Source of the DNA: Eledone cirrhosa
Lineage: Eukaryota
NCBI GenBank assembly: GCA_964016885.1
Contig: OZ024750.1
Location: 33,046,001 to 33,110,000, forward strand
Length of the DNA stretch: 64,000 nt
Direction: 5' to 3'
Under the pieces are notes generated by a model. That model was not told the DNA's origin and did no database searches. It saw only the letters and a list, made by a program, of their open reading frames with translations. Positions 29,057 to 40,080 of this stretch are shown here, piece after piece (the stretch's first letter is position 1; every line of letters starts with the position of its first letter). The translations under genes were made by a program, and so were the position numbers.

Positions 29057-31294
29057 TTGGCCTCTATCAATGGTCTAGAAGTTGTCAAAGTTCCAGATGT
29101 GGTGGCAAAGTTGAACATGTATGAGCGGATTCTGATCCAAAGGGCCAAATGCTTCATCAATGTTATTAAACTGTCACCCTATCGTTTCAAAGGTGCACCA
29201 TCAGATCTAGTGGCCGCAATTAAAGGAATAGCAACTCACATGCCACTACCTGTAGAAAACACAATCAATCATGTCATGAAAACACTACCATCCAATCAAA
29301 ATGATGCATTTGAAATCATTGTTGACAGCCTTCCAACTAAAAAGGGCACAATTTGGCGATCCCTGGTAAATATGCAAAATGTTTTTGATGCCTTGGAATG
29401 GCTGAAAAACAACAATGAAATCTACAGTGACATTTTGATTGACAGAAGCACAAATCTAGAGGAAATTGTTACATGCACTGGGGAGAATATTTCCACCAAT
29501 TTCTCACACATTCTCACACAAACAGGTGCAGAAACAGTTTATGAACACCATACTGTACAACAAATACATCCTGCACTCCCAAACCAAAAGGACCTTGAAC
29601 TGTTTCGAATGAAACGAGTTGAAGGCACCCTAATACAGGACAATGATCCAAATCTCGATCTCATGTGCTTTCCCCACTTATTCCCAAAAGGAAAATTTGG
29701 AATGATGCACATGAACAGACCCTATGCCAGAGTAAAGCCATATATGTTTGTGAGAAACAGACTCCGACATGAAGACCCACGGTTTCGTCGTGATATTCAG
29801 TACATTCTCTACAACTTGGACAAAGCTGACAAAAGGGCACTTGATTCTGGCATTTATGCAGTAATGAAGTCACTCAAAACACCAAAATTGACACTTTCTG
29901 AGTTTTATAAAAGACTCGAAGCCAATGATGAACAGTTGGAAGGTGGTCTGTCAATGATGATGGCAAATGTCCGTGGAACAAAGCCATTCTGGGAACGCAA
30001 GTGCAGTGACTTGAATGCAATAGATGAGAAGTTTGGTCCTGCCCATTTGTTTGTCACTCTTTCATGTGCTGAATATTTTTGGCCTGGCTTGAGGGAATTC
30101 TTGGAAAAATTGAACAAAGACATCACAAACATTGAAACCAGGAAAATAGGGAATCTCTGTGCCAATGATGTAGTGGCTGTCAGTGAGTACTTTCACCATC
30201 GTTTTAGTGCTGTTCTGCGAGATGTGATTTTAAACAAAAACGGTCCATTTGGGGAAGTAAATCATTACTTTTGGCGACTCGAATATCAACAACGTGGGGC
30301 TCCGCACATTCATATGAAAATTTGGATCCGAGATGGAGTAATTTTTGACAAAGATCCAAAAGAAAAAATCAAACCATTTATTGAACAATGTATCACTTGC
30401 AGACTCCCTTCCTCTGTTGCTAGTCCAAATTTGGCAAATCTGGTAAAACGCTTCCTAATTCATACTTGTGGCAAAACATGCTGGAGAATAGTGGGGAGGG
30501 GGATAAATTTGCGCAAAAAATGCCGTTTTGGTTTTCCACGTGCAGTGGGAGGGTTTCGATTTTTCTCAGTTTCTGAAAGTATCAAATCGCGAAAAAATGG
30601 CAGTGGGTCAAAAAAACTGTACCAGTTGGAGAGAAAAGAGTCAGAAAAGTACATAAATGACTACAATCCATGTTTACTTCTAACCTGGCAAGCAAATATA
30701 GATGTGCAATACATTGGTGAGAATAGCATGATTTTGAATAGATACGTCACCTGCTATCAAACTAAGGCTGAAAAAAATGAGGCAGAGGGGGTTTGGGCAA
30801 ATCTGGACCATTCCAAAACCAAATATGGAAAATACAAAAGTGCTGGGCTGCAATTACTTGGAAAAAGGGATACAGGTGGGTATGAAGCTGCTGACAAACT
30901 TTTGGGGCATCATTTTTACGGGTCATCAGATCATGTTATTTGGGTGGGTGCTGACATTCCCAGTAGGCGTGGACACAGACTGAAATCTCAAAGTGACCTT
31001 GATGAACTGAAAAAAGACTCAGTGGATTTGTTCTATGAGAACTTGGTGGAAACATTTTATAAAAACCGGCCAAAATTCCTGGAAAATTCCTCCCTATATG
31101 AAGTTGCCAGTAAATATGAGAGGACATCAAGAGAACCTGTTGACAAAGACGAGGCTGCAAAAATGAAATTGTTTAATGACAAGGGGTATTTTCGCAGTGT
31201 AAAAGAGCGGGTAGTGAAGACACCAAATATTCAACTCAAAAATGACACAAAAGACCGCTATTACCACAATCTTTTAATGTTGTTCAAACCCTAG
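29057..31294 (+). CDS. Helitron Rep (HUH/Y2 endonuclease) segment
   Basis: Motif 1 FVTLSC (~30050), HUH motif EYQQRGAPHIH (30281-30313), CRFGFP, YNPCLLLTWQANIDVQY, Y2 motif YVTCYQTK (30743-30766). Confidence 0.92.
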   Translation: MASINGLEVVKVPDVVAKLNMYERILIQRAKCFINVIKLSPYRFKGAPSDLVAAIKGIATHMPLPVENTINHVMKTLPSNQNDAFEIIVDSLPTKKGTIWRSLVNMQNVFDALEWLKNNNEIYSDILIDRSTNLEEIVTCTGENISTNFSHILTQTGAETVYEHHTVQQIHPALPNQKDLELFRMKRVEGTLIQDNDPNLDLMCFPHLFPKGKFGMMHMNRPYARVKPYMFVRNRLRHEDPRFRRDIQYILYNLDKADKRALDSGIYAVMKSLKTPKLTLSEFYKRLEANDEQLEGGLSMMMANVRGTKPFWERKCSDLNAIDEKFGPAHLFVTLSCAEYFWPGLREFLEKLNKDITNIETRKIGNLCANDVVAVSEYFHHRFSAVLRDVILNKNGPFGEVNHYFWRLEYQQRGAPHIHMKIWIRDGVIFDKDPKEKIKPFIEQCITCRLPSSVASPNLANLVKRFLIHTCGKTCWRIVGRGINLRKKCRFGFPRAVGGFRFFSVSESIKSRKNGSGSKKLYQLERKESEKYINDYNPCLLLTWQANIDVQYIGENSMILNRYVTCYQTKAEKNEAEGVWANLDHSKTKYGKYKSAGLQLLGKRDTGGYEAADKLLGHHFYGSSDHVIWVGADIPSRRGHRLKSQSDLDELKKDSVDLFYENLVETFYKNRPKFLENSSLYEVASKYERTSREPVDKDEAAKMKLFNDKGYFRSVKERVVKTPNIQLKNDTKDRYYHNLLMLFKP

Positions 31295-31312
31295 CGTGAT
31301 GAGGATCAAGAT

Positions 31313-33140
31313 TTGTTGGGAGGCTGCAAAACATTTGAAGAGTCCTTTCATCAGTGTGCAAATACATTATCAGATATGGTCAAGTTTCAAAATGTCCGGA
31401 AAAAAATAGCTGATGCAGTTGAGATGGGAAAAAAATTGGATGTGGAGGCAGAGAAGGAAGCAGAAGATGGTCAGATTTCTAAAGAGAATGGTGGTGAAAC
31501 AAATGATCCAATTATTGAGGTTCCACAAATTCGTGACATTGATGAAACTGCTCTACAGACAAAAGAAACACAGCTGAATACAGATCAAAGACACATCTAT
31601 GAACAAGTAATTTCAGCAATTGAGAAACAAGAGTTGCATTGGAATTCGGAAAAACCACTACCTAGATGCAGATGTGATGATTGCCCCCAATTACTCAAAT
31701 TTGTCTCTGGTGTAGGAGGTACAGGAAAAAGTTTCCTCATTGATATAATTTCAGACAAAGTGACCCAAATTTGCTGCAAGAAAAATGCCACCCCAGTTGC
31801 CCCAGATATAGTCAATTTCCTCAGTGATATAATGAAAAAGAAAGGTGGCCAGAAAAATGGTGCCCCAGTAGTCATTTGTGCTCCAACTGGTATGGCTGCT
31901 TTCCAAATCAAGGGGACCACTTTGCACAGGCTCTTGAAACTCCCAGTTCAACATGGAGTGTCACCATCATATAGGGAATTGCAAAATGATGAACTCAAAA
32001 TTCTACGCTCAACTCTAGAAGGTGTCCGTCTGCTCATCATTGACGAAATCAGTATGGTTAGCCATCTGATGTTGGCATTTGTCCATAGGCGATTAGACGA
32101 AATTTTTGGAGACCAGAGTCAAATGACTAGTCCTTTTGGAAAAATAAATGTCTTGGTTTTTGGCGATTTGCTTCAACTTCCACCAGTAAATGAAAAAACA
32201 GTTTTTTCCAGTATCTCTGCATATGATGCTAAAAGGACTGGTCTGGGAATAAGTGGACAGTCTCTGTGGCAATTCTTTGACTATGATGAGCTCATTATCA
32301 ACATGCGTCAAAAAGATGATGTTGAAAATTATTCAGAAATGTTGGGTCGAATTAGAATAGGGTCACCTACTGACACGGACATTGAAACTTTGAGAAAACA
32401 CTGCCTATTCCCAGATCGTAGAGCAACAATGACAGAGGTGGCTGAGAAAATGTTGCAACTTTGCACAGTGCCTGATCAAAAAATTGTCTGCATTTTGCCT
32501 GTCAATGAATCTGTAGATGAATTCAACAAAGAAATGCTGAAACATGCCAACATCAATACAGTTGTAATCATTGCTGAGGACACAGGAATGCGCCAGAAAG
32601 GTCGTAGAACAACGTCAAAATCAAACAAATTCTCCAAAGCATAAAAAAAAAAGACATCAGACACTGCTGGCCTTGAGACTCAATTGCAAATTGGGGTTGG
32701 GGCAAGAGTAATGTTGAGACGAAACATTAATTTGGAAAAGGGGTTATGTAATGGTGTCATGGGAACAGTGCAAAGCATAGTCAATGGAAAAGATGGAAAA
32801 ATTGGACAAATCATTGTGGAATTTGATCACATGATAGGCAAAAACACATCAATAGAAAAGGTGACTGCAGACTATGAAATCTCTCCTGGTGTGTATGTGA
32901 CTCGAAAACAGTTTCCCCTCTGTCTGGCCTATGCAATTACCATCCACAAATCGCAGGGAATAAGTGTTGATGGGGTCATTGTTGATCTTGGTTCACTGGT
33001 GTTTGCAGATGGAATGGCCTATGTTGCACTTTCACGAGCTAGGAAACTCTGTAATGTCCATCTGATTGATTTTGAACCTCGCACTCTGATCATGTGTGAC
33101 AAATCTGCCTGGCAAGAATACAACAAATTGCGTTCCACCA
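31313..33140 (+). CDS. PIF1-family SF1B helicase segment, interrupted by TAA at 32642
   Basis: Walker A GVGGTGKS (31709-31732), APTGMAA, Walker B LLIIDEISMV, FGDLLQLPPV, NMRQ, LCNG, QFPLCLAYAITIHKSQG, AYVALSRAR. Confidence 0.93.
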
Positions 33141-33316
33141 CACAATTACCTCCACTTGCACCATGTAGAATTAAACCACCATGCATGGCTTCTGAACATT
33201 GCATGCCAAAAAAACGATCCAGGCGAATGTTAAATGTGGAGAATGAAAAACCTTCTGAATATGCCCCTCCTACCAAAAAACCCAAATTATCTACAATTCC
33301 CACACTCATTCCCATG

Positions 33317-34168
33317 ATCAGACTACAAAATAAGAGAAATGCCTGTTTTGCCAATTCAACAATTCAAGCTATTGCCCAATTGACCAAACTTTCGGAATAT
33401 TTGTTCTCTAACCCATTATTCAGTCCAGTTGTCCAGGAAATAACAAATATTGTAACACCAGGGGATCGGGATGTTTCAATTTTGCGAAAAGTAATTGGAG
33501 GGAGATTTAATGATGGTGATCAACAATGTGCCCATGATTTTTGGAAAAATATCTACCCCCATATTCCACCAAATGCACAGCAATTATTCCAATTTAAAGT
33601 GCACGAAACACACAAATGCATTAAAAGGCATGAAAATGAATGCCAACGTTTGAATGATCAAATTTGCACTTGCACACATATTCCCGGATGTGGAGTTGAA
33701 ACTCACAAAACACCAGAAATTCAAACAGACTTGACTTTGCATCCTATTCAAGGCCAGCAACAGTTTCGCTCTTTACTTGTATCAAATGACACCATAATAA
33801 AACAATGTGACACCTGCAATACCAATACAGAACACAAAACAACCACCAGGAGAGAATTTCCATCCACAATGCACTACCTTGTAGTATCAATTAACCGATT
33901 CCTCATAACCAGTGGTCAAGAAACTCAAATACATTGTCATTTATTGAATTTCAGTTCAAAACGTCAGCAAATTTTTGGTACCAATTTCCAACTTCGATCA
34001 GCAATTGTTCACACATTAGGTTCCACCTCACAAGGTCATTACACTTGTTTAATTCACAATGATGGTGACAAATGGGATGAAATTAGTGACACGAGAATAA
34101 CCAAAAGGCATTCAAAATTTCCACCAAAATTACCTAATATTGTTTTACTTTTCTTTAAAAAAATATAG
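33317..34168 (+). CDS. Ubiquitin-specific protease (peptidase C19/USP) domain fused to the helicase C-terminus
   Basis: Cys box LQNKRNACFANSTIQ (Cys 33344-33346), QQD-like box GDQQCAHDF, Zn-finger cysteines (KQCDTC), YLVVSINRF, His box IVHTLGSTSQGHYT (His 34037-34039), WDEISD (Asp 34088-34090), terminal LLFFKK. Confidence 0.85.
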   Translation: MRLQNKRNACFANSTIQAIAQLTKLSEYLFSNPLFSPVVQEITNIVTPGDRDVSILRKVIGGRFNDGDQQCAHDFWKNIYPHIPPNAQQLFQFKVHETHKCIKRHENECQRLNDQICTCTHIPGCGVETHKTPEIQTDLTLHPIQGQQQFRSLLVSNDTIIKQCDTCNTNTEHKTTTRREFPSTMHYLVVSINRFLITSGQETQIHCHLLNFSSKRQQIFGTNFQLRSAIVHTLGSTSQGHYTCLIHNDGDKWDEISDTRITKRHSKFPPKLPNIVLLFFKKI

Positions 34169-34199
34169 ATCCAATATCTCTAGCATGGTTTGTCCTATA

Positions 34200-35012
34200 C
34201 ACACAATTGAACTCTATTAGACATCTATTAGAAATTAGACTATTAGAAAATGTAGAGTAATCTAAATTGTGTTATGAAAAATTTGTTTCATTTGTCAAGC
34301 TACAGTGTCAGAGGGCAGTGCCGAAGGATGTAGTAGGTCTGTCCAATGTATCTGTTGTTTTGTAATATGAGCAATTTTTCATTTATATGTAATACATTGG
34401 TGCACGTATATATGTCTAATAGAGTTGTACTCAACCACACCTCATTGAACTTCATTAGACATCAAAATTGTATTGTAAACTAAATGTACTACAGGAAATT
34501 TGTTACATTTGTCAAGCTACAGTGTCAGAGGGCAGTGCCGAAGGATGTAGTAGGTCTGTCCAATGTATCTGTTGTCTGACAAAATGTGTCATTCCTATTT
34601 TATATATAATTTTTGGCATATATGTCTAATGGAGTTATGAATCTTTACCGTTAAATCTATTAAATCTCTTGGCCATGACTTGGATGAATGCAGTTGTTTT
34701 TGGACTATGAACACGCAAATGATGAAACGAAACAAAACGATCAACAATAAATGCACACAATTGAACTTCATTAGACATCAAAATGGTATTGTAAATATAA
34801 ATGTACTACAGGAAATTTGTTTCATTTGTCAAGCTACAGTGTCAGAGGATAGTGCCGAATTATGTAGTAGGTCTGTCCAATGTATCTGTTGTGTGACAAA
34901 ATGTGACACATTCCTATTTTATATTAATTTTTTTTGCATATATGTCTAATGGAGTTATGTTCACGACTTGGATGAATGCAGTTGTTTTTGGACTATGAAC
35001 ACTCAAATGATG
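34200..35012. repeat. Three diverged ~230-310 bp repeats downstream of the Helitron ORF
   Basis: Block catttgtcaagctacagtgtcagag..gtagtaggtctgtccaatgtatctgttgt at ~34289, ~34506, ~34823; cttggatgaatgcagttgtttttggactatgaacac at ~34679 and ~34967. Confidence 0.9.
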
Positions 35013-35345
35013 AAATCGACAAAAATGGCGTGTGAGAAGAAAATCAAAAAATTTGCATATGAAAAATCGACAAAAAATGGCGCGCGTGAAGAAAATACAA
35101 AAATCCAAAAAAAATTATCATGTGAAAAATTGACAAAAAATCGACAAAAATGGCGTGCGTGAAGAAAATCCAAAAATCCAAAAAAAAATTATCATGTGAA
35201 AAATTGACAAAAAATCGACAAAAATGGCGCGCGTGAAAAAAAATCAAAAAAACCCCAAAAAATTTGCATGTGAAAAATTGACAAAAAATCGACCAAAAAT
35301 GGCGCGCGTGAAAAAAATCCCAAAAAAATTTGCATGTGAAAATTG
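35013..35345. repeat. A-rich 55-80 bp tandem array (~5 copies)
   Basis: Recurrent aaatcgacaaaaatggcgcgcgtgaa...catgtgaaaaattgac. Confidence 0.9.
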
Positions 35346-35812
35346 ATATTTGCCTTCTATTGCATTAGAATTTGTCATGTTTAATTAAAATGTTATTTTC
35401 AACTAAATGCAAATGGTGCAAATTTGCTCCATTTAGATTCAGTTGTTAATGCTCACCTACTAATTTAAAAAAATTGTATTTTCTTAAATGACTCTTATTT
35501 ATCATAAGTTAATATTTTTAAGATAGGTGAGTGCTCCACGATCTGACCTATGTCCCCGCCATGTGGAGTGGATGCTTGTACCAATTAGATAAAATATCTC
35601 AACTTATTTCTGTGACTCCAATGCACAGGCTGACACTGTAGCTTGAATTAAATTCAAAATTGGTACAAGTAACTAAGAGGTCACAAAAGAATAGCTTCAC
35701 TTTCACCTATAGTTTTCATTAACATCATTTTTGGGATTTTTTGATAGAAGTAACTAAAGTAATAACTATTTAATTAAGTAGTTGTTGTTTGCATTGCCTT
35801 GAAAAATAGGAA

Positions 35813-36929
35813 ACTAGCTAGAAAAATGCGTACAGCAAAAAAAAGTAATATTGTTGGAACAAACCTTTAAAAATACAGGACAAGGAAGTAAGATAAACCT
35901 TTAAAAATACAGGACAAAGAACTAAGATAAAACTTTAAAAGAATAGGACAAGGAATATAAATTTTTACAATAATATTAGTGGCAAAAATTTTATTGGAAA
36001 AATAGATAATTGATCAAATAAAAGTGATTTATTTGAGTAACATGAAATTACTTAATGAGAAATATCAATACAATGAAATTGATCCCTGTCTTGTGTTCCT
36101 CCTCCAAGTCCGAGTTGTACCAACTGGTTCATTGGTTCATGAGGAAGTGGGCCAGGAAAAATGTAGGAAAAGTCATCATGGTTCATTTCTGTTCTTCCCT
36201 TCTACTCGAGCCCCCTCAGCGCCTGCATCCCCCAGCTACAATGACTCCCAAATCAGCAGTCTGTTGCTCCTGCACCAACGCCTCCACCTCCTCCCCCCTC
36301 GTCGCCTGCTTCAACTTTCATCATTGCTGCGCCAACATGCCCAGTGCTGTCTGGAAGTGGTTCAACGAGTCCGGCGCCGGCTTCACCTGCTTCAAGTGCT
36401 CTCCCAGGAAGAAGCACTCTGCCCTATCCACCTGCCCTTCTACCACTGCCCATGAAGCCAGTCCGGAACCGTCAACCGTGCCTCAAAGTGTCATCGAGGA
36501 CCAGCAGGATTCCGAGTCGAACACGGGCCCATTCACCTTGGTCACTCGCCGTCATCGTCCCAGAGTCAAGACCCGTACCCCTCCCTCTCCCCCTCCAGTT
36601 CCTGCTCCGACCCAGTCCGAGTTGCGCCGGGTCATCCGCGAGGAGTTGGACCGGGAAAGATGACAGACAAGTGATCATGGTTGGAGTGGATGCATGCGGA
36701 ACATCATAGTTGTAATTGGTGTAATGATGGAAACTCAATTTTTTACCAATTGAATTTTGCCACTAATATTATTGTAAAAATTTATATTCCTTGTCCTATT
36801 CTTTTAAAGTTTTATCTTAGTTCTTTGTCCTGTATTTTTAAAGGTTTATCTTACTTCCTTGTCCTGTATTTTTAAAGGTTTGTTCCAACAATATTACTTT
36901 TTTTTGCTGTACGCATTTTTCTAGCTAGT
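35813..36929. mobile_element. Foldback-type non-autonomous element with 175-bp inverted arms and GC-rich cargo
   Basis: 35813-35987 is the reverse complement of 36755-36929; arms contain a 34-bp subrepeat x3 (aaacctttaaaaatacaggacaaggaagtaagat); both ends actagctag. Confidence 0.8.
36241..36700 (+). pseudogene. PHD-finger-like / LINE ORF1-like fragment inside the foldback element
   Basis: CCSC...C..FHHCC....W....FTCFKC (PHD-like, one Cys pair incomplete), Pro/Ser linker, then ELRRVIREELDRE and frameshifted RQVIMVGV, resembling L2/CR1 ORF1. Confidence 0.55.
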
Positions 36930-39399
36930 CTTTAAATGTGCGATACTTCACTTCGCCAAGTGATAACAGCATTATCAACAATATTTTATATAAGTTGTCA
37001 ACTCGAAATATTCATTGAAACTGCATTGCATGAAACTTGTCAGATTGTATGAGAAGGAGCCAGTTGTCATTTAAGATATAACACAGTGAATGTGAATAAT
37101 CCTTCCGAATAGGAACACAATACATGAAAACAAAAGAAATTAATATAAAGGTTTAGCGTCATAATTTAGAAATGTATGAATGCGGATATTTTGTAAAAGA
37201 GATTTCGTTATTATGAGCTATCTATTGATCTACATACTATCAAATATTCCCCCAAGAAGTTATTTTAAAATGTGAGAACCTGTATAGAAGCAGAAAGTAA
37301 TAAATCACAAATTTAAAACAAACGTGGTGAATGTAAACTGACATCGTGAGAATACACTCAGGATTTTCAAATAAAGTGGGTTGCAAAAATAGGTATACAG
37401 TAATGAAAAACAAAATGTTCGCACAAAATGTATTTAATGAATCCTAGCATCTTTGCCTTTCATCTTTATTGGGTTGATAAAATAAAGCACCAGTAATGTA
37501 CTGGGGTAATTGCTGGCCTTGTACCAAAAGTAGAAACTATTATAACACTGAAAATATTAGTATAATCTTTTCTATAAACCTACATTTGCAGCCCCCTCCA
37601 CCCTGTATAACAAGAGAAATATTTGAAACAAAATGTTAAACATAATGTTCGGGGAATTAGTAGAGTCGTAAGAGCGTGGGTCAGTTTATACTGGATCTCT
37701 GACCCCCAACTCAAGTCCCGCCGATAACAGCATAATTCCACAGTGTTGAGAGTTCAACCCCCAAAGAAGAAGTTAGAATGTCATCGGCATCCTTCGGCTT
37801 CACCTCGCTTTCCTCGGCAATATTACACAATTTGAAATATCATTCAACATTGGTTGTAAAGATTAAAACCTCAGATGGAAATTGTAAATTTAACATGCTT
37901 TAATTTCGGTTTATAGTTTAGTATTAAATATATTTAGTACCTGTTAAATAGATGGTTATGTCCATGCTTCATTCTATATGTATTTCCGTTTCCCTCTCAC
38001 ATCTAGATCAGATATTCCATTTATTAAATATGTTCTACAAACAAAGGCTCTCTCGTGGTGCAATTACATTGCTCACTTCTACTCTGTTGAGCATTGATAT
38101 ATAAAGCGTTACACTGATCCAGAGTAGTATTAAATAGCTACGTATAGGTGTATCTATAATAGCTTTGAGAAATGATCGCCTTCCTAGGGTTAACTCAATA
38201 CAATGAGAGGAAAAATGTATTTACAATTTATTTTCATTTTATTTACAAAACTGGGATTCTGATAGTTTAGACTATTTTTAGTTTGATTAGTTTATTGATT
38301 TTCTTCGGGGTATGGGTTTCAATCATCTAAATGTCATTCACAGAAAACACTTTTTTTGTAGCTCGGTAACTTTACTTTTTCAGAAAATCGATTAAATCAT
38401 AGGCTGCTACAGAACCACATATTTCTAGCATCCATACATATCTGCACGAGTTTTGTATTTTTATCATTTACAGTTCTTCACCCTACAAAAAGTCTTTGTT
38501 CGCGATCAACACTGAGTTTGGTGAATAGGAATAATATCTCTCAGAATTATTGCATTTTAGACATACCGATAGTTCTGACTATTTTAATAACTTATATAAA
38601 CCATATACTAAACCTATTTAATAATACAGCATTTATCAATCTTATATAAATTTAATAGTCTTCATATATAGGAATATAATCCGTGTTCTCTGTTAGCTAT
38701 CCATGCGCTTTTATTGCTACAAAAGAAAATATATAAATTCCACAAATCTTCCCTTACTTATCAGAGAACTCATAAATAATAGTTGTACGTTTGAGAAAGA
38801 GATTAGTATCGGGAAATGAGAATACAGCCACGGAAAAATTATTGTGAAATAAAACCAAAATAATATTTGAGTTAAACATATCTTGAGAGACGGAAATTAT
38901 TCTGAAAAAAAATTCTAAAGAAAATCAATAGGAAATTGCTTAAATTCAGACATATAAATGATATTAAATACATTTGTTCTTACAGTGGAGTTCAAATGTC
39001 ACTTTTTAAGGTGATTCATCAAAACATTATATATAGATACATCACCTACAAAAAACATCAAATTAGCTATATGGTAGTATATTTTAGCACTAAAGTATCT
39101 CAAACACAATATAAAGTCTATAATATTAAAAGCGTAACAAATATATTTGTTACATGGTATTTTTTATATTAGTTTGTTGGTTTTCAATCAGATGTACGCT
39201 ACCGGGTATACATATGTGGTAGTGTGGTCCCGTTTCTTTTGATATTCAATAGTGATTTTGTTCCCCAATGTCAATCATGGTTTTCCCTAGGTAATCCTAA
39301 TTAGAGACGATACATCTAATACCATAAATTGAATTTCCTAATGCTCATAATTCTTTCAGATAAATATTTGTCATGATATAAATTTACATGATGTGTTTT

Positions 39400-40080
39400 C
39401 AATAAGTTTAATTAAAATTCCTTCATTGCGGCATACAAGGTTTCTGACTTAGGAGTTGTATATTGGACGGGTAATATGGTGTTAAGTTTTAAAAAGAATT
39501 TTATTTGTCTTTTAATTGCAATTACTTCGTGTGATTTGAGATCCGTTTTCATTCTTGGGTATTTCCTCAATAACAGAATAATCTGCTGGATAATGTATAA
39601 CAGTTGTAACTTGATAACGTCTGTCATACACATTTGGTGGCTGTTGTAATCTGGTTCGGTACGCTGAGTATAAGACGATGGGCGGTCCGCGTTATGTTTG
39701 CAGAATTTGGAGGGACACCACGTGTCGGTTTAATAGAAGTCATGAGAGCCTGTTGGCATTTAAGGGATTTTGCTAAATATTTTTGGAACGGTCTTATTTA
39801 CGTGTATATACTTCTTGTGTTGGATGTTGATATATAAAGTACAATATAAAGTCATCTGGGAAGTTTGTTGTGTATCGAAATACCTGAATATATATATCAC
39901 TTTCTTTTCAGTATTTGTTCTGTTATTTTATTAAATAATGTCACTGGATATTGGTGTTCAAACAACATATTCTTTACTTCACGAAGGGATTTATCCCAAC
40001 TTTAGAAAATAGACAAAACTGAGCAGATTCATTCTTCTCGCCATATTAAAAGGTATATTTGCTTTTGTGTGTGTTTAGAT
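39400..40080 (-). mobile_element. Possible degraded Penelope-like RT thumb remnant
   Basis: Minus frame LREVKNMLFEHQYPVTLF resembles the PLE thumb motif; no intact catalytic motif seen. Confidence 0.3.

Larger units (their letters stand above)
26953..34168 (+). pseudogene. RepHel transposase polyprotein (~2,400 aa restored): 2A-like motif, repeats, Cys-rich region, Rep, PIF1 helicase, USP peptidase
   Basis: ORFs 29057-31294, 31313-32644 and 32684-34168 share one frame, separated by single stops (TAG 31292-31294 in FKP*R, normally W; TAA 32642-32644). ORF 26953-29124 joins by a 1-nt frameshift near 29045, restoring CLSCRNSLCKQ..LPSLASINGLEV. Confidence 0.9.
25755..35345 (+). mobile_element. 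Group-2 Helitron-like (Helentron/Helitron2-type) rolling-circle transposon; 3' end unresolved
   Basis: Rep-helicase ORF with Helentron-type motif 2 context (YFWRLEYQQRGAPHIH); candidate 5' hairpin ctaaaccgac-ggta-gtcggtttag at 25762-25785 after a T-rich start; subterminal tandem arrays on both sides; no (TA)n microsatellites, unlike much of the window. Confidence 0.85.

Noticed and set aside
27002-33354. Minus-strand ORFs overlapping the Helitron gene
   Set aside because: Antisense shadows of a long coding sequence with no motifs of their own
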